Shown: positions 49,773-61,759 of the stretch, one piece after another
Position numbering within the stretch: position 1 is the stretch's first letter
Layout: every line of letters begins with the position of its first letter
DNA from: Octopus sinensis
Taxonomy: Eukaryota
Assembly (NCBI RefSeq): GCF_006345805.1
Contig: NC_043002.1
Span: forward strand, 113,088,001 to 113,152,000
Direction: 5' to 3'
DNA: 64,000 bases
Program-made: the position numbers and the translations under genes
Notes under the pieces: model-generated
What the model was told of the DNA's origin: nothing
The model's input: only the letters and a program-made list of their open reading frames with translations
The model's database searches: none

Positions 49773-50817
49773 ATACATATATATATATATATATATATAT
49801 ATTACACCACAAATATATATAAACATTCATATGCTAAAGAATGTAAAAACGTGATAATGCGAACATTTTGTTTCGTATGTCTCCATATACGTGCTAGAAC
49901 TTGTGTGTCTTACATCTGCCACTGTACAGATGATCTCCTGTGTATATCTAACTGTCTTACTGTTTATAAAAGTATGCATGAATGTTTCCCTAAAGTAATC
50001 AACAATTCTGATTATTATTTTCAGTCCGTGAGATGTGCAGTTCGATGCTGTTCGATGCGGTTGTATGCTAACAGTCGTCACAGCTCTGCTAAATTGAACC
50101 TTTTTTTCCCCTTGCTTTTTCTATTCTTATTGGATGCTATCCAGCAACAAGAATAGTTTCTTCAATTTTTATCCATAGTTCTTTGTACTTTTTCCTTTTT
50201 ATCTATATAGCTACACAAACACGTACACGTATACAAAAACACACACATACATATATACATACATACAATCATACATACATATATACATACATACATACAA
50301 GCATACATACATACATACATACAAGCAAAGACTCGCACATATACGTATGTTTGTTTCTTTCCCTCCCTTTTTCTGCCTTACTCTCTATACATGTGTGTGC
50401 ATGCGTGGGTGTGTGAGTGTGTGAGTGTGTACACTCATGCACACGTGAGTGTACACACTCATACACACGTGCGCATGCACACGCTCGCACACACAAAAAC
50501 ACGCATACACACAAACACTTATTCACGCAAACACACACACACACATACACGCACGTGCACGCACACATGCACACATAAACATGTATATGTATATATAATG
50601 CCGCGAAATTATGGGCATTGTTGGTCGATAACTGACGGGAGATTGAGAATGTCCCCGTCTTGTATGTGTTTCTCCCGTATGTTCTTTTGTCGTCCTCCTG
50701 CGCTAATTTCTATGTGTGTATACATGTATGCATATATATATATATACATATACATATATATATATATATACATATACATATACATATATATATATATATA
50801 TAATATATTATAATATA

Positions 50818-50849
<32 letters not shown>

Positions 50850-50852
50850 CAT

Positions 50853-50904
<52 letters not shown>

Positions 50905-50919
50905 GATGCGAAGGATTCA

Positions 50920-50996
50920 GCGGTACATATGTTTCGGGCCTTATTAGACAGATTTATAACAATGCATAATGTATGTCTGTGGCCTTCTTCAGCCGC
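50920..50996 (-). ncRNA. Type I hammerhead ribozyme, mirror copy
   Basis: gcgg-CTGAAGA-aggcc..ggccc-GAAA-catatg-TA-ccgc on the minus strand. Confidence 0.7.
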
Positions 50997-53900
50997 GCAC
51001 AACAGCTTCCACAAGGACATGTGTTACATCAAAAATTCTTGGTTGGGGATGCAAATCCTCCCATTCGCGTACGACATAATGCGGCAGCAGCATAGAATTG
51101 AAGCGTCCATCTTTCTTCTCTCAATGTAGGATGAGGAAAAATGGATGTTGAAGTAATGTAAATAAATAAATACATGTATATACGTGAAGATGGAGGGGCG
51201 AGAATTCAGGACGAGGGATAAAAAATGTATAAAAAGTGTAAGTATAGAAAAATGTAAAAATGTAGAGCATAAAGATATAAAGAGATATAAGGAGATGTAA
51301 AGGGGGTATAAAGAATATAAAGAAATATAAAGAAATATAAATAAATGTAAAGGCATAAGGTTATAAAGTAAAAATAGAAATAGAAATAAAAATAAAAGTA
51401 AAAAAAGTAAAAAAACATGATAAAAATGTAACAAAATATATAAAAAAATATAAAAAAATATAAAGATAAGGGATGTATAGAGGTTAAGGACCAAGCATGG
51501 TGGTCAGGAGATTGGTAAAATTTAGTTGTAGAATTGTCAGTAAATCAACAGTTTCGTCTGGGGACCTAATGCGTTGTAAATCAGAGCTGTTGAGCGTTTA
51601 ATCTGGTTCCTTGAATTATTTGGACTTCTAGTACATACATACCAACATGGATACATACACCCATATACACGCGTACATATACGCCTCCAAGCCTACAAGC
51701 ATACACACGCACTCGCGTGTAAACATGCATATAAACACACACACACCCACACGCACGTGCGTACACATACATACATACAACAAAATATCCGCATGTATAC
51801 ACGGACACTATACGTGTACACACTCACATGTACATACGCGCGCCCATCCCCACATACACACACGCATATGCCCACGCTTCCAGGTCTAGATATAAGATAT
51901 TAAAGGGTGTATATAAGAGCGTATGTAAGGAATCACGTCTATGCGTGCACGCACACACGGCTGTGTGTACGTATGTGCGTGCACATATACACCTACACAC
52001 ACACACAGAGACATATGGTTATAGTTATAAGATATCAAAATATGCATGTACATATATGCGCGCGTTTATGTATGTATGCGTATACATACGTACACGGACG
52101 CTCGTATAGTCAAAAGTGGATCTATAGGTAAGTAAATAAACATATATAGAGATGTAAAGCGATAAGTTAGGGGTAAGAATGAGGGTAAGGGTAAAAATTA
52201 GAAATAAAAGTAAGAAATACAGTATAAAATAAGAAATACAATGTAATAGTTAGAAATGAAATATAAAAATTATAAGAGTTAAGGTAAGGGATGAAAATAA
52301 AAATGAGAATAAATGGAAGTAGAATAAGAGTAAAAAATAAAAATAAAATAAAATAAGATAAAAATATAATTTAACATGAGATGAAGGTGGTTGAAAGTTA
52401 GAGGTGTGTGTTAAAAATGCCCACGTAGGGGCGGGCGGGGGGAACTGAAAATTGGAAGGGTGGGAAGTGGAGTTTGGCGGTGTGCGATCAACATCCGAGT
52501 TAGAAATGTGAAAGGGTATAGATATAGGGAAGTAAAGAGACTATATAGGAAGGATATGGGTGTAGGAGAAGAAATATTTAGGGAAAAGAAGTCATGTATG
52601 GGAGACAAAATTTGTATATATAGGAGGAAAATGCAGGGAAACATATATGCACATACACACACTCACACACACACCCACACACGCACATATATATATATAC
52701 ACGCACACATATATGTGCATATGTTTCCCTGCATTTTCCTCCTATATATACAAATTTTGTCTCCCATACATGACTTCTTTTCCCTAAATATTTCTTCTCC
52801 TACACCCATATCCTTCCTATATAGTCTCTTTACTTCCCTATATCTATACCCTTTCACATTTCTAACTCGGATGTTGATCGCACACCGCCAAACTCCACTT
52901 CCCACCCTTCCAATTTTCAGTTCCCCCGCCCGCCCCTACGTGGGCATTTTTAACACACACCTCTAACTTTCACCACCTTCATCTCATGTTAAATTATATT
53001 TTTATCTTATTTTATTTTATTTTATTTTTACTCTTATTCTTTTCTACTTCCATTTATTCTCATTTTATTTTCATCCTTACCTTAACTCTTATAATTTTTA
53101 TAATTTTTATATTTCATTTCTAACTATTACATTGTATTTCTTATTTTATACGTATTTCTTACTTTTATTTCTATTTTTACCCTTACCCTCATTCTTACCC
53201 TAACTTATCGCTTTACATCTCTATATATGTTTATTTACTTACCTATAGATCCACTTGACTATACGAGCGTCGTGTACGTATGTATACGCATACATACATA
53301 AACGCGCGCATATATGTACATGCATATTTTGATATCTTATAAATACCCATATGTCTCTGTGTGTGTGTGTAGGTGTATATGTGCACGCACATACGTACAC
53401 ACAGCCGTGTGTGCGTGCACGCATAGACGTGATTCCTTACATACGCTCTTATATACACCCTTTAATATCTTATATCTAGACCTGGAAGCGTGGGCATATG
53501 CGTGTGTGTATGTAGGGATGGGCGCGCGTATGTACATGTGAGTGTGTACACGTATAGTGTCCGTGTATACATGCGGATATTTTTTGTTGTATGTATGTAT
53601 GTGTACGCACGTGCGTGTGGGTGTGTGTGTTGTTTATAATGTTTACACGCGAGTGCGTGTGTATGCTTGTAGGCTTGGAGGCGTATATGTACGCGTGTAT
53701 ATGGGTGTATGTATCCATGTTGGTATGTATGTACTAGAAGTCCAAATAATTCAAGGAACGATTATTAAACGCTCAACAGCTCTGATTTACAACGCATTAG
53801 GTCCCCAGACGAAACTGTTGATTTACTGACAATTCTACAACTAAATTTTACAATCTCCTGACCACATGCTTGGTCCTTAACCTCTATACATCCCTTATCT

Positions 53901-54352
53901 TTATATTTTTTATATTTTTTATATATTTTGTTACATTTTATCATGTTTTTTACTTTTTTTACTTTTATTTTATTTCTATTTTTACTTTATAACCTTATGC
54001 CTTTACATTTATTTATATTCTTATATTTCTTTATATTCTTTATACCCCCTTACATCTCCTTATATCTCTTTATATCTTTATGCTCTACATTTTTACATTT
54101 TCTATACTTACACTTTTTATACATTTTTATCCTTGTCCTGAATTCTCGCCCCTCCATCTTCACGTATATACATGTATTTATTTATTTACATTACTTCAAC
54201 ATCCATTTTTCCTCATCCTACATTGAGAGAAGAAAGAGATGGACGCTTCAATTCTATGCTGCTGCCGCATTATGTCGTACGCGAATGGGAGGATTTGCAT
54301 CCCCAACCAAGAATTTTGATGTGTAACACATGTCCTGTGGAAGCTGTTGTGC

Positions 54353-54430
54353 GCGGCTGAAGAAGGCCACAGACATACATTATGCATTGTTATAAATCTG
54401 TCTAATAAAGGCCCGAAACATATGTACCGC
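54353..54430 (+). ncRNA. Type I hammerhead ribozyme (Penelope-type)
   Basis: Stem I gcgg/ccgc; CTGAAGA 54357-54363; stem II ggcc/ggcc plus acaga/tctgt; GAAA 54415-54418; palindrome acatatgt; GUA site after 54426. Confidence 0.7.
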
Positions 54431-54530
54431 TGAATCCTTCGCATCATGTTTTTATTTTGATCAATTTACTCCACCACCTACACCACCAAACGGTATACAC
54501 AGGTGCTTCTAATATCAAGTACTCACCCGA

Positions 54531-54578
<48 letters not shown>

Positions 54579-54579
54579 T

Positions 54580-54622
<43 letters not shown>

Positions 54623-54685
54623 ATATATATATATATATAATAGATAGTGTATATATATATATATTATATATATATATATATATAT

Positions 54686-54891
54686 TTTACTCTTTTACTT
54701 GTTTCAGTCATTTGACTGTGGCCATGCTGGAGCACCGCCTTTAGTCGAGCAACTCGACTCCGGGACTTATTCTTTGTAAGCCTAGTACTTATTCTATCGG
54801 TTTCTTTTTGCCGAACCGCTAAGTGACAGGGACATAAACACACCAGCATCGGTTGTCAAGCAATGCTAGGGGGACAAACACAGACACACAA

Positions 54892-54924
<33 letters not shown>

Positions 54925-55077
54925 CATACATATATACGACAGGCTTCTTTCAGTTTCCGTCTACCAAATCCACTCACAAGGCATTGGTCGGCCCGGGGCT
55001 ATAGCAGAAGACATTTGCCCAAGATGCCACGCAGTGGGACTGAACCCGGAACCATGTGGTTGGTTAGCAAGCTACTT
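54686..55077 (-). mobile_element. ~410-bp tRNA-SINE split by an insertion (remainder at 57533-57552)
   Basis: SINE sequence stops at ggttagcaagctactt and resumes after a second copy of this 16-mer as accacacagccactcctgcgc. Confidence 0.9.
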
Positions 55078-55638
55078 TATTTCAAACATTTTGCCACTAG
55101 GGCAGCACACAGAGTAGCTACGGGCTGGACAAGGACATTAATGGATGATGGTGGTGGTGGTGGATGAAGATGGTGATGGGAGAAGTCAAAAGCGCCCGCC
55201 GACTCTCGCTTCTCTAAAACAATGTTCAATAATTACATTTAATACAATAATTTACAATTTACAAATTTTAGAGGAGGCAATAAACCTCCTCTTCAACATG
55301 TTACAAAAATGTTTAAATTAACATTCAATTTACAAATTTTACAAATTTTTAGAGGAGGCAATAAACCTCCTCCTCGACATGTTACAAAAATGTTACACAA
55401 CCTATGTGACACGGCCGACCATCGCTCTTGCCTCATTGAGGCAATACTCGCTGGTCAGGCCGGTGTCCAGAGGTATAATCTTGAAGGAGTCCGCCGGGAA
55501 GGAACCTACGATCCTGCGTAGATCAGCCTTTCTCACGACCTCCGCAGCTAACTGCGAAGGCCACTCGGGGTCCTCCGTACAGGAACGGAGTACCTCCCAA
55601 CGTCCTCTCTTTCTCACTTTTCTTACGGTGCTTTCCAC

Positions 55639-56610
55639 CTATTCTCCTTTAAAAAAGAGGAGCACAAAATCTTCCACGAATTGTCCCTCAGGCGGCACAC
55701 CCGCCTGAGAGGACCCGGGATACTCGGGAAACGCCGTCTGCGTGTAGCAATCCGCCGGCGGCGATCCGTTTCTCTTTTTTTTCTTTTTCTTCTGGCCCTG
55801 GGCCACGGGAGGCTGAGTTTCCGGAGCTGTGCGCACCGGGTTCTCCCCTCCCGCAGCTTTCAGGTCCTTTGGTGGGTCGCCATTGCTCCCCACCTTTCTT
55901 TTTCTTTTGGAGGAGGATTTTTCCCCCTCCTCATTTTGCTTCTCTCCCTCCATTGAGGATGCAGGGAGAGGCTCCGATATCAGCCGCTCCAGGATCCTAC
56001 TCTGGTCCCTGGGGCAGCTCTTCTTGATGTGGCCGGTCTCCAAACACAGGTGACACTTGGGGGGGCGTCCCTCAAGCATCAACGGATACTTGGACCCGGC
56101 CATTCTCAAAAAGTCCGGCAAAACCAGACTCTTGGCTGACTGGGTCCATAGGGTTAAGGTAGCCTTAGACCCCTCCCAATCAGCCGCAGGCTGTATCCTA
56201 ACATTTAGGATTTTTGCCTCCCTGTCACCCAGACCCCGGCGGATAGAGTCTTCTATCCACTCGGGTTCAATGCCGGGTGGCAGGCCGCAGACCCACAGTC
56301 TTGTCAATTTTTCTCCCTTGTAACTGGGGAGAAACAAGATTTCTTTGCCCTCAATGGGCTTGCTTGCAAACTCGCAAGCAGCTTTTGGGGAGTCAAACAG
56401 CAACCAAACCGTTGCGTATTTGGCTCCCCGTGTGATATATTTCACGGCTGGCATGTAGTCTGCCAGCTCTTCAATTATTTTCGCCTTTGGAAAAACCATG
56501 ATGGTGTTGAGCGGCTTTGAATAAGTTCTTAACACCACGGTCTTATCCTCCAGCGTTTTTATGTATTTTTTGGGAGCTTCCAGCTCCCACACAATCAGTT
56601 CCTTTGCCAT
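55639..56610 (-). CDS. ORF1/gag-like nucleic-acid-binding protein (RRM-like + CCHC knuckle), 323 aa
   Basis: ATG 56610; TRLWVCGLPPGI (RRM RNP2-like), GRPPKCHLCLETGHIKKSC (CX2CX4HX4C), basic KRKRK/KKKKKK tail; TAG at 55639-55641, and the frame stays open to 55402. Confidence 0.8.
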   Translation of the reverse strand: MAKELIVWELEAPKKYIKTLEDKTVVLRTYSKPLNTIMVFPKAKIIEELADYMPAVKYITRGAKYATVWLLFDSPKAACEFASKPIEGKEILFLPSYKGEKLTRLWVCGLPPGIEPEWIEDSIRRGLGDREAKILNVRIQPAADWEGSKATLTLWTQSAKSLVLPDFLRMAGSKYPLMLEGRPPKCHLCLETGHIKKSCPRDQSRILERLISEPLPASSMEGEKQNEEGEKSSSKRKRKVGSNGDPPKDLKAAGGENPVRTAPETQPPVAQGQKKKKKKRNGSPPADCYTQTAFPEYPGSSQAGVPPEGQFVEDFVLLFFKGE

Positions 56611-56874
56611 TTTTAACAAAAATGTAAATACAGTTCAAAATAGGAAAAACACAAAAGTGATAGAAAGTAGAAAGAGAAAACAAAATGGAAACGAGAGTTA
56701 CACTAAAAACAGTTCGGAGTTCAAACAAAGGATAGCTAGAGGAAGGAGTGGCAAAGAATTATTTTTTTTTGGCCGAAAAGGTAGTCCAGGCCAAACGTCA
56801 CGGCAATCCTTGGTAATTCAGGTGCTTGTAAAAACAGTCCACGAATGTCCTTGGTGCCTCCTGGTAATCCAAAG

Positions 56875-57470
56875 GTTCAATATTCCACGTGTGGTAGTCC
56901 AAAAGCGAAATAGGTAATCCAATGAAAAAATATTTTTGAGGAGGGGCTACGCCTCCTCGAAAAACACAATTCTCACTAAAAAGTGAGACTTTTAAATACG
57001 ACAACAGGCAGAAAAATATATCTGAAGCAAAGTGAAGTCTATTACCCGCAAAAAAATTAATGCTATTAACGTTAATGTCAAAAGGCATTAAGGCAGGCAA
57101 TAAACCTCACTAGGCCTCTAAAAATATTCAAAAAGTCCTACCTGCTGTTGCCAAACAGTTCAATATTCCACGTGTGGTAATCCAAAAGTGAAATTGGTAC
57201 TCCAATGAATCAAAAATATTTTTGCGGAGGGGCTACGCCTCCTCAAAAAAAAAACACAATTCTCACTAAAAAGTGAGACATTAAATACGACAACAGGCAG
57301 AAAAATACATTCGAAGCAAAGTGAAGTCCATTACCTGCAGAAAAATATTAATGCTAAATAACGTTAACGTTAAAAAGTATTAACGGCAGGCAATAAACCT
57401 CACTAAGCCTCCAACAATATTCGAACGTCCTACCCGTTGTCGTAAAATGTTCAATATTTCACGTGGCAAC
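56875..57470. repeat. Two ~285-bp tandem units in the 5' UTR of the HAL1-like element
   Basis: gttcaatatt(c/t)cacgtg recurs at 56875, 57158 and 57449. Confidence 0.9.
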
Positions 57471-57553
57471 ACGTGACATCTGAAGCAGCTAAGAAAACAC
57501 GTCTGACTCCGACGAAGGTTAGCAAGCTACTTACCACACAGCCACTCCTGCGC

Positions 57554-57596
<43 letters not shown>

Positions 57597-57597
<1 letters not shown>

Positions 57598-59255
57598 TAG
57601 CAGAGTTACCCGGCGTTGCCCGACTTACATACATTTGAAGAATTAGACTTTTCTGTTACATTATCTGTAATGTACTGGAATACCTATGTTTTGAATTTCA
57701 TCAAAATTGCAGATGTGGGTTATTTCTATCTTTACACAACCAAACAAAATTCCAATCGTGCCACATGTATCTCTTACTACTGATTTTTATGCGCATATTC
57801 CAAAATTACAGTCTTATAGACCTGTAAAAAGGATTTTGCTCCTGAAAAATGGAGGTCATGGAGCTCTAAAATGTGAGAGTTAAGGCCCCTGTTGGGGGTG
57901 GGCATCTTAATGTCAACCAGAGAAGTTGAATTGTTGAGAATTTTTAAAACTTGGGTCTAATATCTATTGTTTGAATTTCTTTAAAGTAGGAAATATATGT
58001 TCACTGGGTTTGTAAAAGAGAGCAAAGCTACAGGAAACCAAAAGACGAATGATCACAATAAGCAGTCAGCTACAGTACCCTGGTCGTTACCACTCCCAAT
58101 GTAGAATTCCTCACCATCCAGGTGACAGGCACAGCCATAAGATGCATTACTGATCTATAGCAATTGGAAAGGCGTGACCCAACTGAAATAAACATTAACA
58201 AATGTGTGACGTGAGGGCTAAGGAGAAATGAAAGTTGGAGTTTGCAAATGACCACTATACTGAAATGCAACTGGACAGAATAAATATACAATCTATAAAT
58301 GTCTTTGAATAACCAGTTACACATCTGGGAAGGCCTTGAAATCAATGTTACCATGTGGGGACTATGTGTGACCCAGTGATAATAAAAAAACCGAAAGGAG
58401 GTCAGCAATCAAATAACTTTACTCAACACTTTGCAACTGAATCAGTGGAGGCAAAGATGCCTCGCATTTACTTGACAATTTATGCAGCACATTGCAGAAA
58501 TCACAATCTAAGTGTATGTCAAAGCAAACTCTTACACTGTTGTACCATTGAATTACAAATAATGCTCATCTTCTATGCTCGGATGACCTCACAGCTTCCA
58601 AGAGTACAACTATTCGTCTTTGCATAGATAAAACGACAAAATTGTGGGTGTTAAGTCCCCATAAAGGGGTCTTTCTATCTTGTAAGAAGATGAAATTTTA
58701 TAAATATTACTTCCTTTGTATCTAATATTTATGGTTAAAATTTCATCAACTGCAAAAATATATGAATTGTCATGCATAGATTATAATTTCCAAATTTCGT
58801 AAAGATCCATTCAGTACTTTTGACTTAGTTTTGGATCATAAAAGAAAGGACTAAAATTTGGAAGTTAAAGCCCCCATTAGGGTCTCTTAGAATCCTCATG
58901 TGAAGTGGAGACTCTGAGAATACTTTTTCATGTGTGTCAATTACCCATGGTTGAAATGTCATCAACATCGAAAATTTATGAATTTTCTTGGAGGGTTCTG
59001 CCCCCTTTAAGCCATCTGAAATTCAAACCAAACATATTGCATTATACCCGCCCTTATGCATTGAATCTAAGTTTCAAATATCATAAGGATCCATTCAGTG
59101 ATTTTGGTCCATGAAATTGTATGAAACACACAGCATTACCCTTCTCCCTAGGCTTCGATTTTATGTTCCAAATTTCATTATGATCGGTGCAGCAGTTTTT
59201 GAATGTATAAGTAATACAGGAACACATAAAGACGTTGTCTTTGATATAATAAATA
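57597..59255 (-). mobile_element. Long non-autonomous Helitron-like element (right end approximate)
   Basis: Left end actagcagagttacccggcgttgcccg = CTAG + hairpin as in the short Helitrons; repeated aaatttcat / gatccattcagt motifs; degenerate TC end. Confidence 0.5.
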
Positions 59256-59270
59256 TGAATGTACACATAT

Positions 59271-59352
<82 letters not shown>

Positions 59353-59439
59353 GTGTGTGTGTGTGTGTGTATTATATATATATAATACACACCCACAAAG
59401 ATACATTGATAGATACAACACAGCGTAGTGCTTCTTTAT

Positions 59440-60060
59440 GTTGATAAGCCTGGTACTTATTCTATTAGTTTCTTCTTGTGAAACCAGTAAGTTATAGGGA
59501 TGTAAATAAACGAACAGCAGTTGTGAAGCAGTGATGAGGGTGAAACACAGAAACAAAGTCACACACATACACTTAAATATATACATATATATATATACGA
59601 TTGATTTCTTTAAGTTTCTGTCTACGAAATCCATATATATATGTATGCATATGTATACACACACACACATACACACAAACATAAATTGTTTAGGCAAACA
59701 AAAATATGAGATACTGCCTAGTGGGTTTTTTTATTTTGATAAGCCTGGTACTTATTCTATCAGTTTCTTCTTGTGAAACTAGTAAGTTATGGGGATGTAA
59801 ATAAACGAACACCAGTTGTGAGGCAGTGATGAGGGATAAACACAAAGACACACACACAGACTTACATATATACATACATATATATATACGATTGATTTCT
59901 TTCAGTTTCTGTCTACAAAATCCACTAAGGCTTTGGTTGGTCTGAGGCTATAGCAGAAGACACATGCCAAGTTACCACACAGTGGGACTGAACTGAGGAC
60001 CATGTGTTTTGGAACGAAGTTTGTTTCCACACAGCCACACCTGCACCTATGTATGTATGT
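59440..60060 (-). mobile_element. Degenerate ~410-bp tRNA-SINE with locally duplicated 3' half
   Basis: gataagcctggtacttattcta...gtaagttat.gggatgtaaataaacgaac occurs twice, about 296 bp apart. Confidence 0.7.
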
Positions 60061-60319
60061 GTGTGTGTATGGGTGTATATATGTATGTATATATGTGTAC
60101 ATATTACATGTACATCTATATATGTATATACATCTACACATATACATGTATACATATACGTCTATATGTATAGAAATAAATGTATACATATACAGCTATA
60201 CACACATACACACACACACATACATAAGTGCAGGTGTGGCTGTGTGGTTACAAACTTCGTTCCAAAACACATGGTCCTGGGTTTAAATTTAAATTTAAAA
60301 TAATAAGGGTGAGAAATTG

Positions 60320-61590
60320 AATATTAATATGAATTGAAAACCAGTGGTGTAGCATATAAGACCATAGTGGATCTTCTTCTTGCAAAATAGATGTCCACTG
60401 TTAATGGTTCATCCCTCTTATATGATAGTTTGACTTTATTAGTTTCAGTATTAAAATGAAAGTATCTGACATTACAATAGAGAGATGTTTTTGTTTCACT
60501 TTTAACACGTAATACTGAAATAGTGGAGAAGATATGATATCGCTGTGGGCTCGCCCTAGGCAAGAAGTTAGAGATTTTTTGCCCATGATACTCCCTGGAC
60601 CTTAAGTAAGACGTGTGTAAAATTTGAATGAAATTGGTTGTGTTGTTCTCAAGTTTTAGGGATTCACACATACAGACAGACACACATTATCAGTTTTATA
60701 TATATAGACTAGCTTACGGTGACCCGCTCTACGCGCAGGTAAGAGTGTGGTTGTTACTTTCTGTTGTTTATCACCACATTCTCCCTCTTTGTTTCTCTCT
60801 CCTTTCTCTTTCACTTTCCCACTCTCTTACTCTTCCTTTCTCTCGGACTCTTCCTCGCTTTCTCTTACTCTCTATCTTTCTCTATCACTCTCTCTCTCTC
60901 CCATTTATAAACAACAAAAGATCTTGAGTAAGTTGAGAAAGAATATAGTTTGAAAGATCAATCATAAATATCAGGCAGTGACAACGGAATGGTCTGCTTC
61001 AAGGCAGACAGCAAAACACTAACAGTTAAAAGGGACAGACGAACTTGCGAGCTGAATAAAAATTAAAAAATTATTGGCAACCAAAGTTTGAAGGGATAGA
61101 ATCTGAGGATAGTAGAGTCACCATGGCTGGCATTTCTTAACGACGGACAGCAACGTAGTGGCAGTTTAACGGCTGGCGTAAAATTTTGAACTTGATGTAA
61201 AAGAAAATTCCTCAACGCTAAGTTTTGAAGTGATTCTTTCTCACGACAGTAGACTCACCACGGCAAGCATTCAAAATTTCTTCATCATGGACGGTAACAC
61301 ATTGACGATTTAAAGGCTGGCGCAAATTTTTTAGCTTGCTGTAACAGAAAATTCCTAAACACCCTCTCCTGTAAATGTTGATCCCCTTCCAGCCCCATTT
61401 AGACCCCTTTTCACATTTTGGTTAATATAACCCGATTCCATTTGGGTCTACTCGGGCCACATTTTATAATATGAGGAATTTTGTCCTAGAGGTCATTTGA
61501 GGAAAAAATGGTTGCCATGCAAACTCGCCAGCACTTTTAACATAGGTGTGCATATTTTCAGCTCAACTGACCACATAATGCACACATTAT
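60320..61590 (-). mobile_element. Two Helitron-like elements joined head-to-tail at 60708/60709 (outer ends uncertain)
   Basis: Plus strand cagttttatatatataga|ctagcttacggtgacccg = minus strand CTAG immediately followed by TCtatatata. Confidence 0.55.
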
Positions 61591-61759
61591 ATATATATAT
61601 ATATATATATCACAAATAAGGGTGAAAAATTGGATATTAATTTAATGATACCATCAATTTAACACCAAGTGACTTAGCGCATAAATAACCAGGGATATAA
61701 TAAAAAATTTATACACAAATATAACTCTAGGAAGACGCTTCCTCCATCTAGTTATTCGA

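Larger units (their letters stand above)
50902..54448. repeat. 3.5-kb palindrome (arms ~1.75 kb, ~56-bp CA-rich spacer) with hammerhead-bearing ends
   Basis: 50902-52655 is the reverse complement of 52712-54448; differences are mostly small indels. Confidence 0.92.
55078..57516 (-). mobile_element. ORF1-only (HAL1-like) non-autonomous retroelement of L1/Tx1 type, 2439 bp, 16-bp TSD
   Basis: TSD ggttagcaagctactt 55062-55077 and 57517-57532; tandem ~285-bp 5' units; one gag-like ORF; no RT/EN; short tandem 3' repeats. Confidence 0.8.
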
